Notes: generated by a model not told the origin, from the letters alone. A stretch of 64,000 nucleotides of DNA from an uncultured Candidatus Bathyarchaeia archaeon (GCA_964480955.1 CAYZRW010000001.1:49650-113649), one strand, 5' to 3'. Shown: positions 49,483 through 59,832, numbered from the stretch's first letter. Made by a program: numbers and translations.

Positions 49483-49777
49483 TCAGCTCCTTGATCAGAG
49501 ATTCTAGGTTGTAACGCGGTGTCAATCCTCTTTTGCGCATTTCCTCTAGTAACTCTGCTAGGCTAATCTCAGCAAGCTCCGCAGCTCGACCTACTGACAT
49601 GAAACCCCTTTCGTATTGCTCCAGAGCAAAACGAATGTTGAGTTCTCTGAACCCTAGTTTCACTGCTTCACTGAGGAGTATTGACCGCTTTATTCTCTTC
49701 CTGCGTGTCAGTTCGTTTATGCTTCTTAACAGTCCGTCAGGGATTGTAACGGAGACGCGGGTCTTCAACTCGATCAC
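49427..49777 (-). CDS. UPF0175-like antitoxin (RHH/HTH)
   Basis: 116 aa: SVTIPDGLLRSINELTRRK ... SVGRAAELAEISLAELLEEMRKRGL. Confidence 0.45.
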   Translation of the reverse strand: MIELKTRVSVTIPDGLLRSINELTRRKRIKRSILLSEAVKLGFRELNIRFALEQYERGFMSVGRAAELAEISLAELLEEMRKRGLTPRYNLESLIKELSDDDRNTRSTCSDSTAKA

Positions 49778-49861
49778 TTCTTACGAAACAGCCATTTAGT
49801 CTGTTAGTCCCGTTCTACGACTCCTGCAGTAAAGGTGAACCATTGTTCCTGCTGTCATTAT

Positions 49862-50767
49862 TCAGAGGTCAACAGGTTGGGTCAGCTTAGTCTCTCCCTT
49901 TAAGGAGGATTCTATCGTGCTAACTATCTTCATGAATGCTTTGGCTGCAGGGCTGTCTGGATATTCGACAATGAATGGTTTACCTCTGTCTGAAGCCTCG
50001 CAGACTCTTGGATCTAGGGGGATGCTCCCCATGAAGGGGACATCGAGGTCTTCGGATATCTTCTTGCCCCCGCCAACATTGAAGATCTGTGACTCTGAGC
50101 CGCACTTTGGGCAGATGAAGCCGCTCATGTTCTCTACAATGCCGATTATTGGGATCTTCAATTGGCGTGCGAACGTTACAGCTTTCTTGACCACTATCTG
50201 TGAGACCTCTGACGGAATTGTGACTATTATCACGCCGTCCATTTCTGGAAGAAGTTGCATGACGCTCAGAGGCTCATCGCCTGTGCCGGGAGGAAGATCG
50301 ATGAGGAGGAAATCTAGTGGTCCCCACATCACCTCCGACAGGAACTGTCTTATGGCAGACATTTTGAGTGGGCCGCGCCATATGACTGGAGTATCGTCGT
50401 TTGGAAGCAGGAAATCCATGGAAACAACTTCCACTCCGAAAGGTCCAGATACGGGAAACGCTCCGATGGGTCCAGCTTTGAGTTGTTGACCTCTTATGCC
50501 AAGCATCTTTGGAACAGATGGCCCGTGAATGTCAGCGTCCAAGATGCCCACCTTGTTGCGGTGACCGTGCAGGGCTAGGGCGATGGCTAGGTTAACGGTG
50601 GTAAGGCTCTTTCCAACTCCTCCTTTGCCACTGATGATTGCGATCTTGTGTTTCACCTTGGCCATTCTTTCTCTGAGTAACTGCTCCTGCCTATCGACGG
50701 ATTGTTTTGTGCTGACGCCGTGTCCTGATTTCGCGTGGGAGGGGCATCTTTCTAACTCAGGTTGCAT
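49862..50767 (-). CDS. apbC: Mrp/NBP35/ApbC-family Fe-S cluster carrier ATPase
   Basis: KIAIISGKGGVGKSLTTVNLAIALA deviant Walker A, plus CPKCG. Confidence 0.8.
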   Translation of the reverse strand: MQPELERCPSHAKSGHGVSTKQSVDRQEQLLRERMAKVKHKIAIISGKGGVGKSLTTVNLAIALALHGHRNKVGILDADIHGPSVPKMLGIRGQQLKAGPIGAFPVSGPFGVEVVSMDFLLPNDDTPVIWRGPLKMSAIRQFLSEVMWGPLDFLLIDLPPGTGDEPLSVMQLLPEMDGVIIVTIPSEVSQIVVKKAVTFARQLKIPIIGIVENMSGFICPKCGSESQIFNVGGGKKISEDLDVPFMGSIPLDPRVCEASDRGKPFIVEYPDSPAAKAFMKIVSTIESSLKGETKLTQPVDL

Positions 50768-50876
50768 AAGCGAATTCCTCGATCTTAAACTGATGATGGC
50801 ACTTCGGTTAATAATGGAAATGCATTTAAACCTTTTCGGTTAATGTTCTTCGTATGCAAACCGAAAAAGCGTTGGT

Positions 50877-51230
50877 GTGAAGGTATTGATTGTTCTCAAT
50901 TGTTCGGATGTTGAAGCTAAGGAAGCTGGCGAGGGAGCTGTGAACGTCAGAATGAGATGGCTTATCTCAAAGGATATGGGGGCGGAGAACTTCGCTATGA
51001 GACACATAGAAATTGATCCACAGGGTCACAGTCCACTTCACAGCCATCCATGGGAGCATGAGATCTTCATCTTAGAAGGAGAAGGAGTCGTGACCGACGG
51101 AAAAGAGGAGAAGAAAGTCAAAGAGGGTGACTTCATCTTCATCCCGCCCAATGGGACGCATCAGACGAAGAACGCAAGTCAGAAGACTATGGAACTCCTT
51201 TGCATGATCCCATACAAGGAAACACGTTGA
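50877..51230 (+). CDS. cupin-domain protein
   Basis: HSHPWEHEIFILEG...IPPNGTHQ are cupin motifs 1 and 2. Confidence 0.6.
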   Translation: MKVLIVLNCSDVEAKEAGEGAVNVRMRWLISKDMGAENFAMRHIEIDPQGHSPLHSHPWEHEIFILEGEGVVTDGKEEKKVKEGDFIFIPPNGTHQTKNASQKTMELLCMIPYKETR

Positions 51231-51244
51231 TTGGCTCTAATTGA

Positions 51245-51925
51245 ATGACTAGTGACAAGAGGGATGATTTGATGACTATGGAGGTTGAGACAAAGGAAAT
51301 GCTAGTTCTGGGAAAAGAAGTGCCCAACTTCGAAGCCTCAACCACATCTGGAACTGTAAGGCTGTCGGACTACAAAGGCAAATGGGTCGTGCTTTTCTCA
51401 CACCCGGCAGACTTCACACCAGTCTGCACCACAGAATTCGTTGCCTTCGCCTAGAAGCATGACGAGTTCAAGAGAAGAGGTGTGCAGTTGCTTGGCCTAA
51501 GTATAGATAGTGTTTACTCACACATTGGTTGGATGAAAAGAATCGAGGAGAAGTTTGGTGTGCAGATACCTTTCCCAATAATAGCTGATGCCGATATGAA
51601 AGTGGCGAAGCTCTTTGGTATGATTCATGAAGGCGAAAGTAGCACTGAAGCCGTTAGAGCAGTCCTCATAATGAACCCGGAACAGAAGTTGCGGGCAATA
51701 CTCCAATATTCACTCTCGAACGGCAGGAATATCGATGAGATCATAAGGCTGATCGATGCGCTCCAGACCTCTACAAAACACGGCGTAGCCACTCCTGCAA
51801 ATTGGAGACTTGGGGACGCGGTGATCGTTCCTCCACCGTTAACAAAGGAGGAGGCTGACAAAAGGCTCGAACAGAAAGGAATGGAGTGCCGAGACTGGTT
51901 CTTCTGCACTAAGAAGGTTTCCTGA
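51245..51925 (+). pseudogene. peroxiredoxin (Prx6/1-Cys-like, AhpC/TSA family) with an in-frame TAG
   Basis: [19 protein letters not shown][TAG]KHDEFKRRGVQLLGLSIDSVYSHIGW...FPIIAD...VATPANW is continuous in one frame. The TAG at 51452-51454 replaces a normally K/R position. Confidence 0.65.
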
Positions 51926-52082
51926 ACCTACGTATGCCAGTCTTCGCTCTGCTCTTCCCGCCTTTTCTCTTTCATTGTGTAGATGATGGTGCTCTCATAT
52001 ACCTGAATCTTGAGTGAAGGCGCGATAACCTTAAAATGTCGAGGTTACAGACTTTAACCAGAGTTCTTCGATGGGTTAAAGG

Positions 52083-52655
52083 ATGTCAAAGAAGCTACTT
52101 GACGATATCGATAAGGTGATTGTGTCCGAGCTGCAGAAAGACGGACGAGTTGCCTTATCTAGTATTGCCAAGAAAACAGGAGTGTCACATGTTGCGATTC
52201 ACAAGCGACTGGAGAGGTTGATCGAGAAGGGAGTGATCAAAGTATCTGCTGGCTTGAATACAGAAGCCCTAGATTCGAAAATAGCAGCGATAATCGTTGA
52301 GGTTGAAAACTCGCGGAGACTGGGCGAGCTCATTGAGTTATTCCAGGATTGCCCTCGAACTGTTCTGCTGTCTCCCCTTAGTGCATCTAACCTGTTAACG
52401 GTGGTGGTGGGCGAGGACTTTTCCACGCTGGAGAGCGTCATAGGGGTCTGTTCATTACGTGTCCAGAAAGGAGTCAGGCGATCAGAGGTTCATATAGGCA
52501 AGCTGCCGAACTACCCCAAGTTCTTACCAATAAGAATAGCTGCTGAGCGGAAAGAATGCTCTCCCTGCGGCGTGGTCTGCAGTGAATGCGACAGTTTCAA
52601 GAACAGACAATGCTTGGGATGCCCAGCAACCAAGTTCTACAATGGGCCTCTCTAA
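52083..52655 (+). CDS. Lrp/AsnC-family regulator with a C-terminal Cys-rich (metal-binding?) extension
   Basis: HTH (DKVIVSELQKDGRVALSSIAKKTGVSHVAIHKRLERL) plus a RAM domain, then CSPCGVVCSECDSFKNRQCLGCP. Confidence 0.55.
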   Translation: MSKKLLDDIDKVIVSELQKDGRVALSSIAKKTGVSHVAIHKRLERLIEKGVIKVSAGLNTEALDSKIAAIIVEVENSRRLGELIELFQDCPRTVLLSPLSASNLLTVVVGEDFSTLESVIGVCSLRVQKGVRRSEVHIGKLPNYPKFLPIRIAAERKECSPCGVVCSECDSFKNRQCLGCPATKFYNGPL

Positions 52656-52666
52656 GTCAATGAGCA

Positions 52667-53638
52667 GTGAATAGCTTCCAAGATGGCGTTTGCTCACGCC
52701 ACAACTTGCCCTCAAAGGGGTCGCACATATTGTCAGCGGGAACAGTGAAAGTCGTAAACATATCAAAGGCACCCGTTCCGGCAGTAGAGACCCTGAAGCT
52801 GACAGTTCTTGTCGAGGACACTGCCAGTGTGAGCATACCTAATCTCACAGCTAGGCACGGCCTATCTTTACTTGCTACGATGAAGTCAGCTGGTGCTTAC
52901 TCCCAAATCCTGATGGATGCCGGTCCGCCGCCAGATATCGCTCTACAGAACGCGCGCAAACTAGAGGTTGACTTGAATAAGACGAATGTGATAGTCATCA
53001 GCCATGGTCACTACGATCATGTCGGTGGACTAATCGAGACACTAAAACACATAGACCATTCTGTTCCAGTAGTGGCGCATCCAAAGGCTTTTGATCAGAA
53101 GTTCATCTACAGACCCCACCTCAAGTTTGTCGGCCCCGAATTCGATCGGTCATCGTTAGGGAATGTGGGAGGAATGTTGCTCCTTTCTCGCAGCCCAGTT
53201 ACTTTACTCAGTGGAGTACTCACAAGTGGAGAGATACCTAGAAAGACGCACTTTGAACAGACCAGAGGCTTCTATGCTGTAGCTAATGATCGATTCGTGG
53301 AAGACCCTATTCTTGACGATCAGGCCCTTTTCATTAACCTCAAAGGCAGGGGGCTTGTGGTCATAGTGGGTTGCGCACACGCTGGTATCATAAATACACT
53401 TAGACACGCCCGGAGGATCGTTGGTACAAGTGACATCCACGCTATAGTCGGTGGTCTCCACTTGGCCAAGGCTGATGAAACCCGAATCTATGCTGTCATG
53501 AAAGAGCTTGCAAGGATCAACCCTCGAATGATATATCCATGCCACTGCACAGGTTCGACCGCGATCAATCAACTACTCGGTTATTTTGGAGACAGATGCA
53601 GACCTGTCCACACAGGCGATACTATTGAGTTCCAATAA
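52667..53638 (+). CDS. MBL-fold metallo-hydrolase
   Basis: ISHGHYDHVGG plus downstream His/Asp ligands. Confidence 0.6.
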   Translation: MNSFQDGVCSRHNLPSKGSHILSAGTVKVVNISKAPVPAVETLKLTVLVEDTASVSIPNLTARHGLSLLATMKSAGAYSQILMDAGPPPDIALQNARKLEVDLNKTNVIVISHGHYDHVGGLIETLKHIDHSVPVVAHPKAFDQKFIYRPHLKFVGPEFDRSSLGNVGGMLLLSRSPVTLLSGVLTSGEIPRKTHFEQTRGFYAVANDRFVEDPILDDQALFINLKGRGLVVIVGCAHAGIINTLRHARRIVGTSDIHAIVGGLHLAKADETRIYAVMKELARINPRMIYPCHCTGSTAINQLLGYFGDRCRPVHTGDTIEFQ

Positions 53639-53694
53639 TGTCAGCGGTCTAGCTTGATCTAAGCTACAGTCGCACTGAGCGTCCGAGAGTAAGC

Positions 53695-54588
53695 CTATTC
53701 TTGCTTATGAGTCAAACCAATATGTATGGTTACGGAGTCTAGCGTCTTGACAGAATTCTTAACCCTGTTCTCCACCGTATCTGCTATCATATGTGCCGCT
53801 TCCACTGTAGTCCCTTTGTCGACCTCGATATGTGCTTCCGCAAACATAAACGGCCCAGACTTCCTAATCTTCAGGGCATGAATCCCTACTACTCCGGGGG
53901 TCTTCTCCATTAGGTCTCTGATCCTTGTCCTAATCTCAGGTTCGACCGAGATGTCCATAAGGGAGAAAACGGAATCTTTTCCAAACCTGAAAGCCGACCA
54001 TAGAATGAAGAGGCCTATGATGAACCCTGCTAGCGCCTCAGCCCATAAGATGTTGAAATAAGTGAAGGCGACGCCGCTGCAGACTAGAACTGCATTAAGA
54101 ACGTCGGTCATTGAATGTCTACTCTCAACTATCAGCGCTTGTGAATTTGTCTCTCGCCCAACCCTGTCCTTGTATCGAGCCAGCGAAAAGGAAACCAAGC
54201 CTGAGCCAATAGCAACAACGATGACGAGTATTCTGAATGAAATGACAGAAGGCGAGAACAACTTCTCCATTGAATCCTGCAAGATACCGATTCCCGTGAA
54301 CAGTATGATTATAGAAACAATCAGTGCTGAGATAGACTCTGCCTTGTAGAAGCCGTATGGGAATCTTTCTGTGGGTCTCTTAAGCGATATTCTTAGACCT
54401 GCCCAGACGAGAACCGAGCCTGCGATATCTGAAACAGTATGTACCGTATCAGCGAACAGGGCTATGCTCCCAGCCAAGAGGCTGACACCTCCCTCTAGAA
54501 TAGACAGAGCTACCAAGACAAGGCTGGATCTCTTCGAGGCTGCGATTCCTTTTTGAAGCATTGATGCTCTAGAATCAGCAGCACTCAT
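53695..54588 (-). CDS. cation diffusion facilitator (CDF) family metal efflux transporter
   Basis: Six TM helices, HSMTD and ADTVHTVSD metal-site motifs, C-terminal cytoplasmic domain. Confidence 0.7.
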   Translation of the reverse strand: MSAADSRASMLQKGIAASKRSSLVLVALSILEGGVSLLAGSIALFADTVHTVSDIAGSVLVWAGLRISLKRPTERFPYGFYKAESISALIVSIIILFTGIGILQDSMEKLFSPSVISFRILVIVVAIGSGLVSFSLARYKDRVGRETNSQALIVESRHSMTDVLNAVLVCSGVAFTYFNILWAEALAGFIIGLFILWSAFRFGKDSVFSLMDISVEPEIRTRIRDLMEKTPGVVGIHALKIRKSGPFMFAEAHIEVDKGTTVEAAHMIADTVENRVKNSVKTLDSVTIHIGLTHKQE

Positions 54589-54658
54589 TGTCTGTCCAGA
54601 CCTTTCTCGCCGTCGAATTCATGCTGCAGGAGCGAAACACTTCCCAGATCATGCGTGG

Positions 54659-55555
54659 TCAGATTTCTACATCGAATAATACCCTTATGAGGAATCCAAC
54701 ACCAAATGACAAAGCTGCTACTCCCAGACTGATTGCCGCCATCTCAGAAAACCTCTTCGTGAACGGAATATCTTTTGCAACAGATATGTAGAAGGTGAAC
54801 ACAGAGATCGCTACGATCGCGTTCAAGATCGTGCAACCCAGGCAATAGTATAGATCCGACAGGAGTAGATACGGAGAAATTAGAAAAAGGACCGTGAGAA
54901 CATATGCAGCCCCCGTGTAGATGGATGCTTTTGCAGGGTTCTTACCTTCAGATTCCGATTTGGTTGAGAGGTATTCAGAGGATGCCATTGACAACGATGC
55001 AGCGATTCCAGTGATCGAGCCGGCCATGGCTATCAACCGTGCATTTTGCAGAGCAAGGGTAAGTCCTGCCAGCGCGCCGGTGAGCTCCACAAGAGCATCA
55101 TTCAAGCCTAGAACTATTGAACCGACATATCTCAGTCGCTCCTCATCAATCAAGTCTATGAGCTTTCTTTCATGTTCCTCTTCATCTCTGAGTACGTCTT
55201 TAGCACCCGGTATTGATTCGAGAATCCTTCGGTACGCTTTCTCGGCTCGATCTTCACCGCGCTCCATCAATTTCATGCCAAATGTTGTTCCGAATACTCT
55301 CGAGATGATGTAGTACTTCCATATCGCAAGTCTGGCTGGCTGTACGTCGCGATCCGTATATTGCCTCCAAAAATCATGATGTTTCAACTCATCTCTTGCG
55401 ATGCTTCTTAGGACATCTTTGTTGTGAGAATCTTTCGTCGATTGAGCCAGTTTCTCATAGATGATGTGTTCTGTGAGCTCATTCCTCTGAGCGATCAACA
55501 ACCGTTTCCTTGTTTCTTCGTCCAGCATCACACCTTCCATCTCCTTGGCAGGCAA
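54659..55555 (-). CDS. VIT1/CCC1-family iron transporter with an N-terminal ferritin/rubrerythrin-like domain
   Basis: N-terminal E..H diiron-like helices (EHIIYEKLA...DELKHHDFW...EEEHERKL), then five TM helices of VIT1 type. Confidence 0.6.
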   Translation of the reverse strand: MPAKEMEGVMLDEETRKRLLIAQRNELTEHIIYEKLAQSTKDSHNKDVLRSIARDELKHHDFWRQYTDRDVQPARLAIWKYYIISRVFGTTFGMKLMERGEDRAEKAYRRILESIPGAKDVLRDEEEHERKLIDLIDEERLRYVGSIVLGLNDALVELTGALAGLTLALQNARLIAMAGSITGIAASLSMASSEYLSTKSESEGKNPAKASIYTGAAYVLTVLFLISPYLLLSDLYYCLGCTILNAIVAISVFTFYISVAKDIPFTKRFSEMAAISLGVAALSFGVGFLIRVLFDVEI

Positions 55556-55646
55556 CTTGTTACAGCTCCCACTGGATCATGTGTAGTATTGTTCTGGATA
55601 CAGCTAAGAATGTCTCTTTCGTTATGTGGGAGATCCTAATGTCTTC

Positions 55647-56408
55647 TCACTCCTTCCTCTGGTTCATTACGTGAAAGCGGTTACTTAGGAAGAGGAACAA
55701 GAGTGCATAAAGCAAGAGTACGCCCACGTTGAGTGTAGGCTCAAAGAAGTGCTCATTACCTAGTCCTGCTCTCAGCAACTCAATACTGTGGGTCAAAGGT
55801 GACAACATGGATACAGTCTGAGCGAGTGAAGGCAGGCTTCTGACTGGGATGAAGACACCACTTATGAACAGCAGCGGAATACGCACTAGGTTTAAGGGCA
55901 TCATGATTTGACCTGGACCCTGACCGGGAAGGAGAGCGAACGTAATTCCCATGGCTGCGAAGCCTAGGGCTGATAGGATCATGCCCGCCGCCAGGCAGGG
56001 GAGGTTCGACACCTGACATTTAAGGAGAACTAGGCCTGCGACCACGGGGATTGCAGATACTAGTATACCATAAAGAAATCCTGCCAGCATCTTGCCTATT
56101 AGAACTGTGCTAAGTGAAACTGGAGCTGTGAGAAATCGCTCAAAGGTTCGCATCCTTCTTTCTAAGGGGATAGTGATCGGCCCTATAGATGATGAGGCGA
56201 AGAGTAGCGTTTGTGCTACCAACACTGGAATGGCCCGGTCAGCCGGCATATTCCTGCCTATGACGAACGAGAGAAACATGGAGACGGGGAATAGGATTCC
56301 GAACATAAGGGAAGGTGGTTTAGCGTAGTAGATCCTTGCATCCTTCTCCGCAATAGCCCATGCAACCCTGATCTCTCGCGTGAGACGTTCATTTCCTATC
56401 GTGGTCAT
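55647..56408 (-). CDS. ABC-2 type transporter permease
   Basis: Six TM helices. It overlaps the ATPase gene by 4 nt. Confidence 0.6.
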   Translation of the reverse strand: MTTIGNERLTREIRVAWAIAEKDARIYYAKPPSLMFGILFPVSMFLSFVIGRNMPADRAIPVLVAQTLLFASSSIGPITIPLERRMRTFERFLTAPVSLSTVLIGKMLAGFLYGILVSAIPVVAGLVLLKCQVSNLPCLAAGMILSALGFAAMGITFALLPGQGPGQIMMPLNLVRIPLLFISGVFIPVRSLPSLAQTVSMLSPLTHSIELLRAGLGNEHFFEPTLNVGVLLLYALLFLFLSNRFHVMNQRKE

Positions 56409-57364
56409 TTTCGATCAGACTCCTCCTGCTCTGTGTCTCCCCTTACGTGAAGTCTTATGCCGGTAAGCTTGACGAAAACGTCCTCTAGACTCGGCCCAAG
56501 AGTATTGATGGTAGTGATTTTGAGGCCTCTGGCGGAAGCGAGGTTCCAAACATCAGAGAGGACACTTGAAGGATCTCTCGTGTATAATCGATATCTGTCC
56601 CCATACTTCGAGACCTCAGCGACCATTGAGAACTTCCCAAGATCTGGAGCCAGGTCCGTTTCTCTGTCTTGAAAGGATACCTCTACCGAATGTAGCGTCT
56701 CGATATTCTGACTGAGATTCTGCGGAGTGTCAATTGCAACCAGTTTGCCTCTATTTATTATGGCTACCCTGTCACACATTCTGTTCGCCTCATCCATGTT
56801 GTGAGTGGTGAGGAAAACGGTCAGTCCACCCTGATTCATCCTTCTGATCAGTTCTCTTATCATCAAGACGCTTTGAACATCAAGTCCACTTGTAGGCTCA
56901 TCTAAGAATAGGATGGACGACCTGTTCATTAGTGCCATTGCTATGCACAGGCGTCTCTTCATACCTTTTGAGAAACCTTCTACTGTCTCTCGGCGGCAGT
57001 TGGGAAGGCCGAACATCTCCAGAAGTTCCTTTGCTCTGTTTTCCCTCTTTGTCGTGGGTATGTCGTACAGTCTCCCTGTGAACACTAGGTTATCCCAAGC
57101 GGACAGTTCAGTGTAGACGTTAGATATGTCGGGAACGATCCCCATCAGCTCTTTCGCTTTAACCGCATGCCTTTGTATGTCAAAACCCATTACTTCCGCA
57201 GTTCCCTCACTGGGCTTCGATATCCCTGTGAGCATACGAACTGTGGTCGATTTTCCAGCTCCATTGGGACCAAGGAAACCAAAGATCTCTCCCTTCTCCA
57301 CCTCGAAGTCTACATGGTCGACCGCCAGCAGACTTCCATAATACTTAGTGAGATCAGTCGTCAC
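56405..57364 (-). CDS. ABC transporter ATP-binding protein
   Basis: GPNGAGKST, LSGGMKRRL-like (SKGMKRRL), ILFLDEPT. Confidence 0.8.
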   Translation of the reverse strand: MTTDLTKYYGSLLAVDHVDFEVEKGEIFGFLGPNGAGKSTTVRMLTGISKPSEGTAEVMGFDIQRHAVKAKELMGIVPDISNVYTELSAWDNLVFTGRLYDIPTTKRENRAKELLEMFGLPNCRRETVEGFSKGMKRRLCIAMALMNRSSILFLDEPTSGLDVQSVLMIRELIRRMNQGGLTVFLTTHNMDEANRMCDRVAIINRGKLVAIDTPQNLSQNIETLHSVEVSFQDRETDLAPDLGKFSMVAEVSKYGDRYRLYTRDPSSVLSDVWNLASARGLKITTINTLGPSLEDVFVKLTGIRLHVRGDTEQEESDRK

Positions 57365-57535
57365 TATGGCCTGCTCTAACGGCGTTACCTCCTTCGATTG
57401 TCTTATCGCAAAATCCTAGCTAATTCTCTAGAAGCTTAGAATGTGGACTCTGACTGAGTAGAACGCAAAACCGATGGGAGTCTCGAGCAAAGAGAACCAA
57501 TCACCATGGACAACCATCCTTGCATACGTGAGAGA

Positions 57536-58114
57536 CTAAGGTTCCTTCCTTCTCGACAGAGGTTTGATCTCTATGAGGCTGGAAGACCAACTAGCCCAGT
57601 AGTCTTGATCTGGACCATGAGAGTACTGTGGGTCAACTGCACATATTCTATATCCGTGGTCGATACGGTTTATGACCACGTAGTGGCCAAGTTCCTCTCT
57701 TTTGCGTTCATATGCGTCGCACACCTTTGGAATCAGAATGATCGGTGGTATCCCTCTCTGCAGGCAATTAAAGATGAGGTGTCTGTCTGTCTTTATTCTC
57801 TTCACCCTGCCACCAAGTTTGAAGAAGGTCTTTGTGAGGCGTGGCTTTCTGCCGTAGACGACAACCCTAAACCCCCTTCTCAGGGCAAGTGTACCCAATG
57901 TACCCTCGCTAAGACCTCTTCTTGAATTCTGCACCAGCCTCCTGATGCGTTTGTTTTCCAGAAAGTCCGTCTGGGTGTCCGTGGCCCCGTAGTATCTTAA
58001 CACCATTTCAAGAGCCGCGAGGCCGCACCCACATATGTTCTTCTGTCTGACGTGATCTATCGGGAGACTTATCGGCTGACATAGCACCGGTCTGTTACTC
58101 ATGTACCAGACCAA
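57536..58114 (-). CDS. peptidase C39-like (papain-fold) domain protein
   Basis: CGCGLAALEMVLRYYG (catalytic Cys region) and a later GHYVVI His region. Confidence 0.5.
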   Translation of the reverse strand: MVWYMSNRPVLCQPISLPIDHVRQKNICGCGLAALEMVLRYYGATDTQTDFLENKRIRRLVQNSRRGLSEGTLGTLALRRGFRVVVYGRKPRLTKTFFKLGGRVKRIKTDRHLIFNCLQRGIPPIILIPKVCDAYERKREELGHYVVINRIDHGYRICAVDPQYSHGPDQDYWASWSSSLIEIKPLSRRKEP

Positions 58115-58324
58115 CTAGTAAAATTCTGTGCGCATGAACAAAATAAGCCTGTCGCTCCCGCTATGTCTAATGATGTAGTTGTGCACATACTGCTCGCAGG
58201 AATACTGGTCTTTGGTATTATGTGATAGTTCAAGATCGGCCGACGACAGTTAAGCCCACACTGAGACTAGCGCAACTAAAGATTTATTTCGTGCAATGAC
58301 ACAGAATAACAGCGGAGATTTGAT

Positions 58325-59422
58325 ATGGCTAAGAGTGTTAAAGGCGTGAGTGATGGCGGACTCAATTTGGGGCCTGACAAGGAAATAAACCGAGACCAAT
58401 GGTTAAGGGATGTTTTTCCAGAGTGGGGCACCGTACTCAACAAGGAGATAGAGTCAACCAATCCAGAGCCTAACACCTTCATACTCTGGTGGCTTGGAGG
58501 AGCATCATGGTGGTTCAAGAGCGCCGGCGGCACAAACCTATGCATCGATCAGTACAGCGGCTCCGGAGGATGCCTGGACTATAACGAGCTCTCCAAGTAC
58601 TCCGGCGTAGTAAGGATGACCGGAGCACAGAAGATGTGCTGGATCAGATGTGTGCCACATGTTCTGGATCCTTGGCTGATCAAGGAGTGTGACGCATACG
58701 TCTCAACCCACATCCACACCGACCACGCTGACTTCTACACCATCAAGCCTCTACTGCAGAACACGGACTGCAAGTTCATTGGCCCTCCGAGATGCAAGGA
58801 GATATTCGAAAGATGGAAAGTCCCAGCTGACAGAGTCGAAGTAGTGAAGCCTGGCTCAGTAGTTAAGATAAAGGACACCGAGATACATGCGGTCGAATCC
58901 TTTGACAGGACAGTCCTGATAACAGAACAGGCGGACTTCAAGAAGACGACTATGGAAGAGTTTGCTAAGCTGATGGATGAGAAAGCGGTAAACTATATAC
59001 TGAAAACACCTGCCGGCAGCGTATATGATGCAGGAGACTCCCACTACTCAAACATGTTCTTCAAACACGGCAAGCAACACAACATAGATGTGGCCCTGAT
59101 AACCTTTGGGGACAACCCAGACGGCATGACAGACAAGATGACCCCCTATGACGCATACCGCGCGGGAAAGTGTCTTAATGCTAAGGTTGTCATTCCGCAG
59201 CATTACGAGAACTGGGGCATTGTTGAGGGAGATCCAACTGATTTGGAAATGATAGCTAACAAGAAGTTTTCACCATTCAGAGTATGCATAATGAGGCCTG
59301 GCACCAGGTATGTGTGGCCCACCGACAAAGACAAGCCGCGGATCTACTATCTACAGCAAACAGAAGTCAGCAAAGACTTCAGAACAGACTTGGTAGATCT
59401 GCCATTTCCAGCATACCTATAG
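58325..59422 (+). CDS. ulaG: UlaG-like MBL-fold lactonase (L-ascorbate-6-phosphate lactonase family)
   Basis: Collinear similarity to E. coli UlaG over the full length: FPEWG, GTNLCIDQ, THIHTDH, VVKPGSVVKIKDTEIHAVESFDRT, AVNYILKTPAGSVYDAGDSHYSN, IDVALITFGDNPDGMTDKMT, LNAKVVIPQHYE, DLPFPAYL. Confidence 0.7.
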   Translation: MAKSVKGVSDGGLNLGPDKEINRDQWLRDVFPEWGTVLNKEIESTNPEPNTFILWWLGGASWWFKSAGGTNLCIDQYSGSGGCLDYNELSKYSGVVRMTGAQKMCWIRCVPHVLDPWLIKECDAYVSTHIHTDHADFYTIKPLLQNTDCKFIGPPRCKEIFERWKVPADRVEVVKPGSVVKIKDTEIHAVESFDRTVLITEQADFKKTTMEEFAKLMDEKAVNYILKTPAGSVYDAGDSHYSNMFFKHGKQHNIDVALITFGDNPDGMTDKMTPYDAYRAGKCLNAKVVIPQHYENWGIVEGDPTDLEMIANKKFSPFRVCIMRPGTRYVWPTDKDKPRIYYLQQTEVSKDFRTDLVDLPFPAYL

Positions 59423-59488
59423 AGAGTCAACCCGACTCTCTTTTCATCTCTTTTTTCTTAGTTTTCATCTGGTGTAAGTCATGATTGC

Positions 59489-59806
59489 GTGAAAACAATG
59501 GATCCAGATGAGTTTCTCGTCCTAACTCGAAAAGGCTTGGAGTTTGTGAAGAGATGGTTTTTTGATAGGGGGAGGGTTCCTTCTGAACTGACACGGGAGT
59601 ATCAGCTGCTACTCCACATTTGTTGTTTTGAAGGTCTCATGAAGTATGAAATACTAAAAGAAATAGGATACAATGACAGTACAATAGCAAAAGCATTGAG
59701 AGAAAAGCTTGTGACTATATCCAAAGATGGTTCAGAACTTGAAGAGGGGGTCAAGGCTGAGATAGTGAAGACTGTCGAGAAACCTCACGATTCAGTATAT
59801 GCATAA
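59489..59806 (+). CDS. hypothetical small protein, possible wHTH
   Basis: 105 aa. No strong motifs. Confidence 0.3.
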   Translation: MKTMDPDEFLVLTRKGLEFVKRWFFDRGRVPSELTREYQLLLHICCFEGLMKYEILKEIGYNDSTIAKALREKLVTISKDGSELEEGVKAEIVKTVEKPHDSVYA

Positions 59807-59832
59807 TCCATCGAGAGACAGAGGTCTGGCTA

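Noticed and set aside
51245-51925. Pyrrolysine or other programmed stop-codon recoding as the explanation for the in-frame TAG (Prx) and TAA (transglutaminase)
   Set aside because: Two different stop codons are involved. No pyl genes or suppressor tRNA are visible in the window. The ATP-grasp gene at 35621..36889 is larger than PylC and lacks PylB/PylD neighbours. Simple nonsense mutation or sequence error is more parsimonious. Kept only as a check under the findings.
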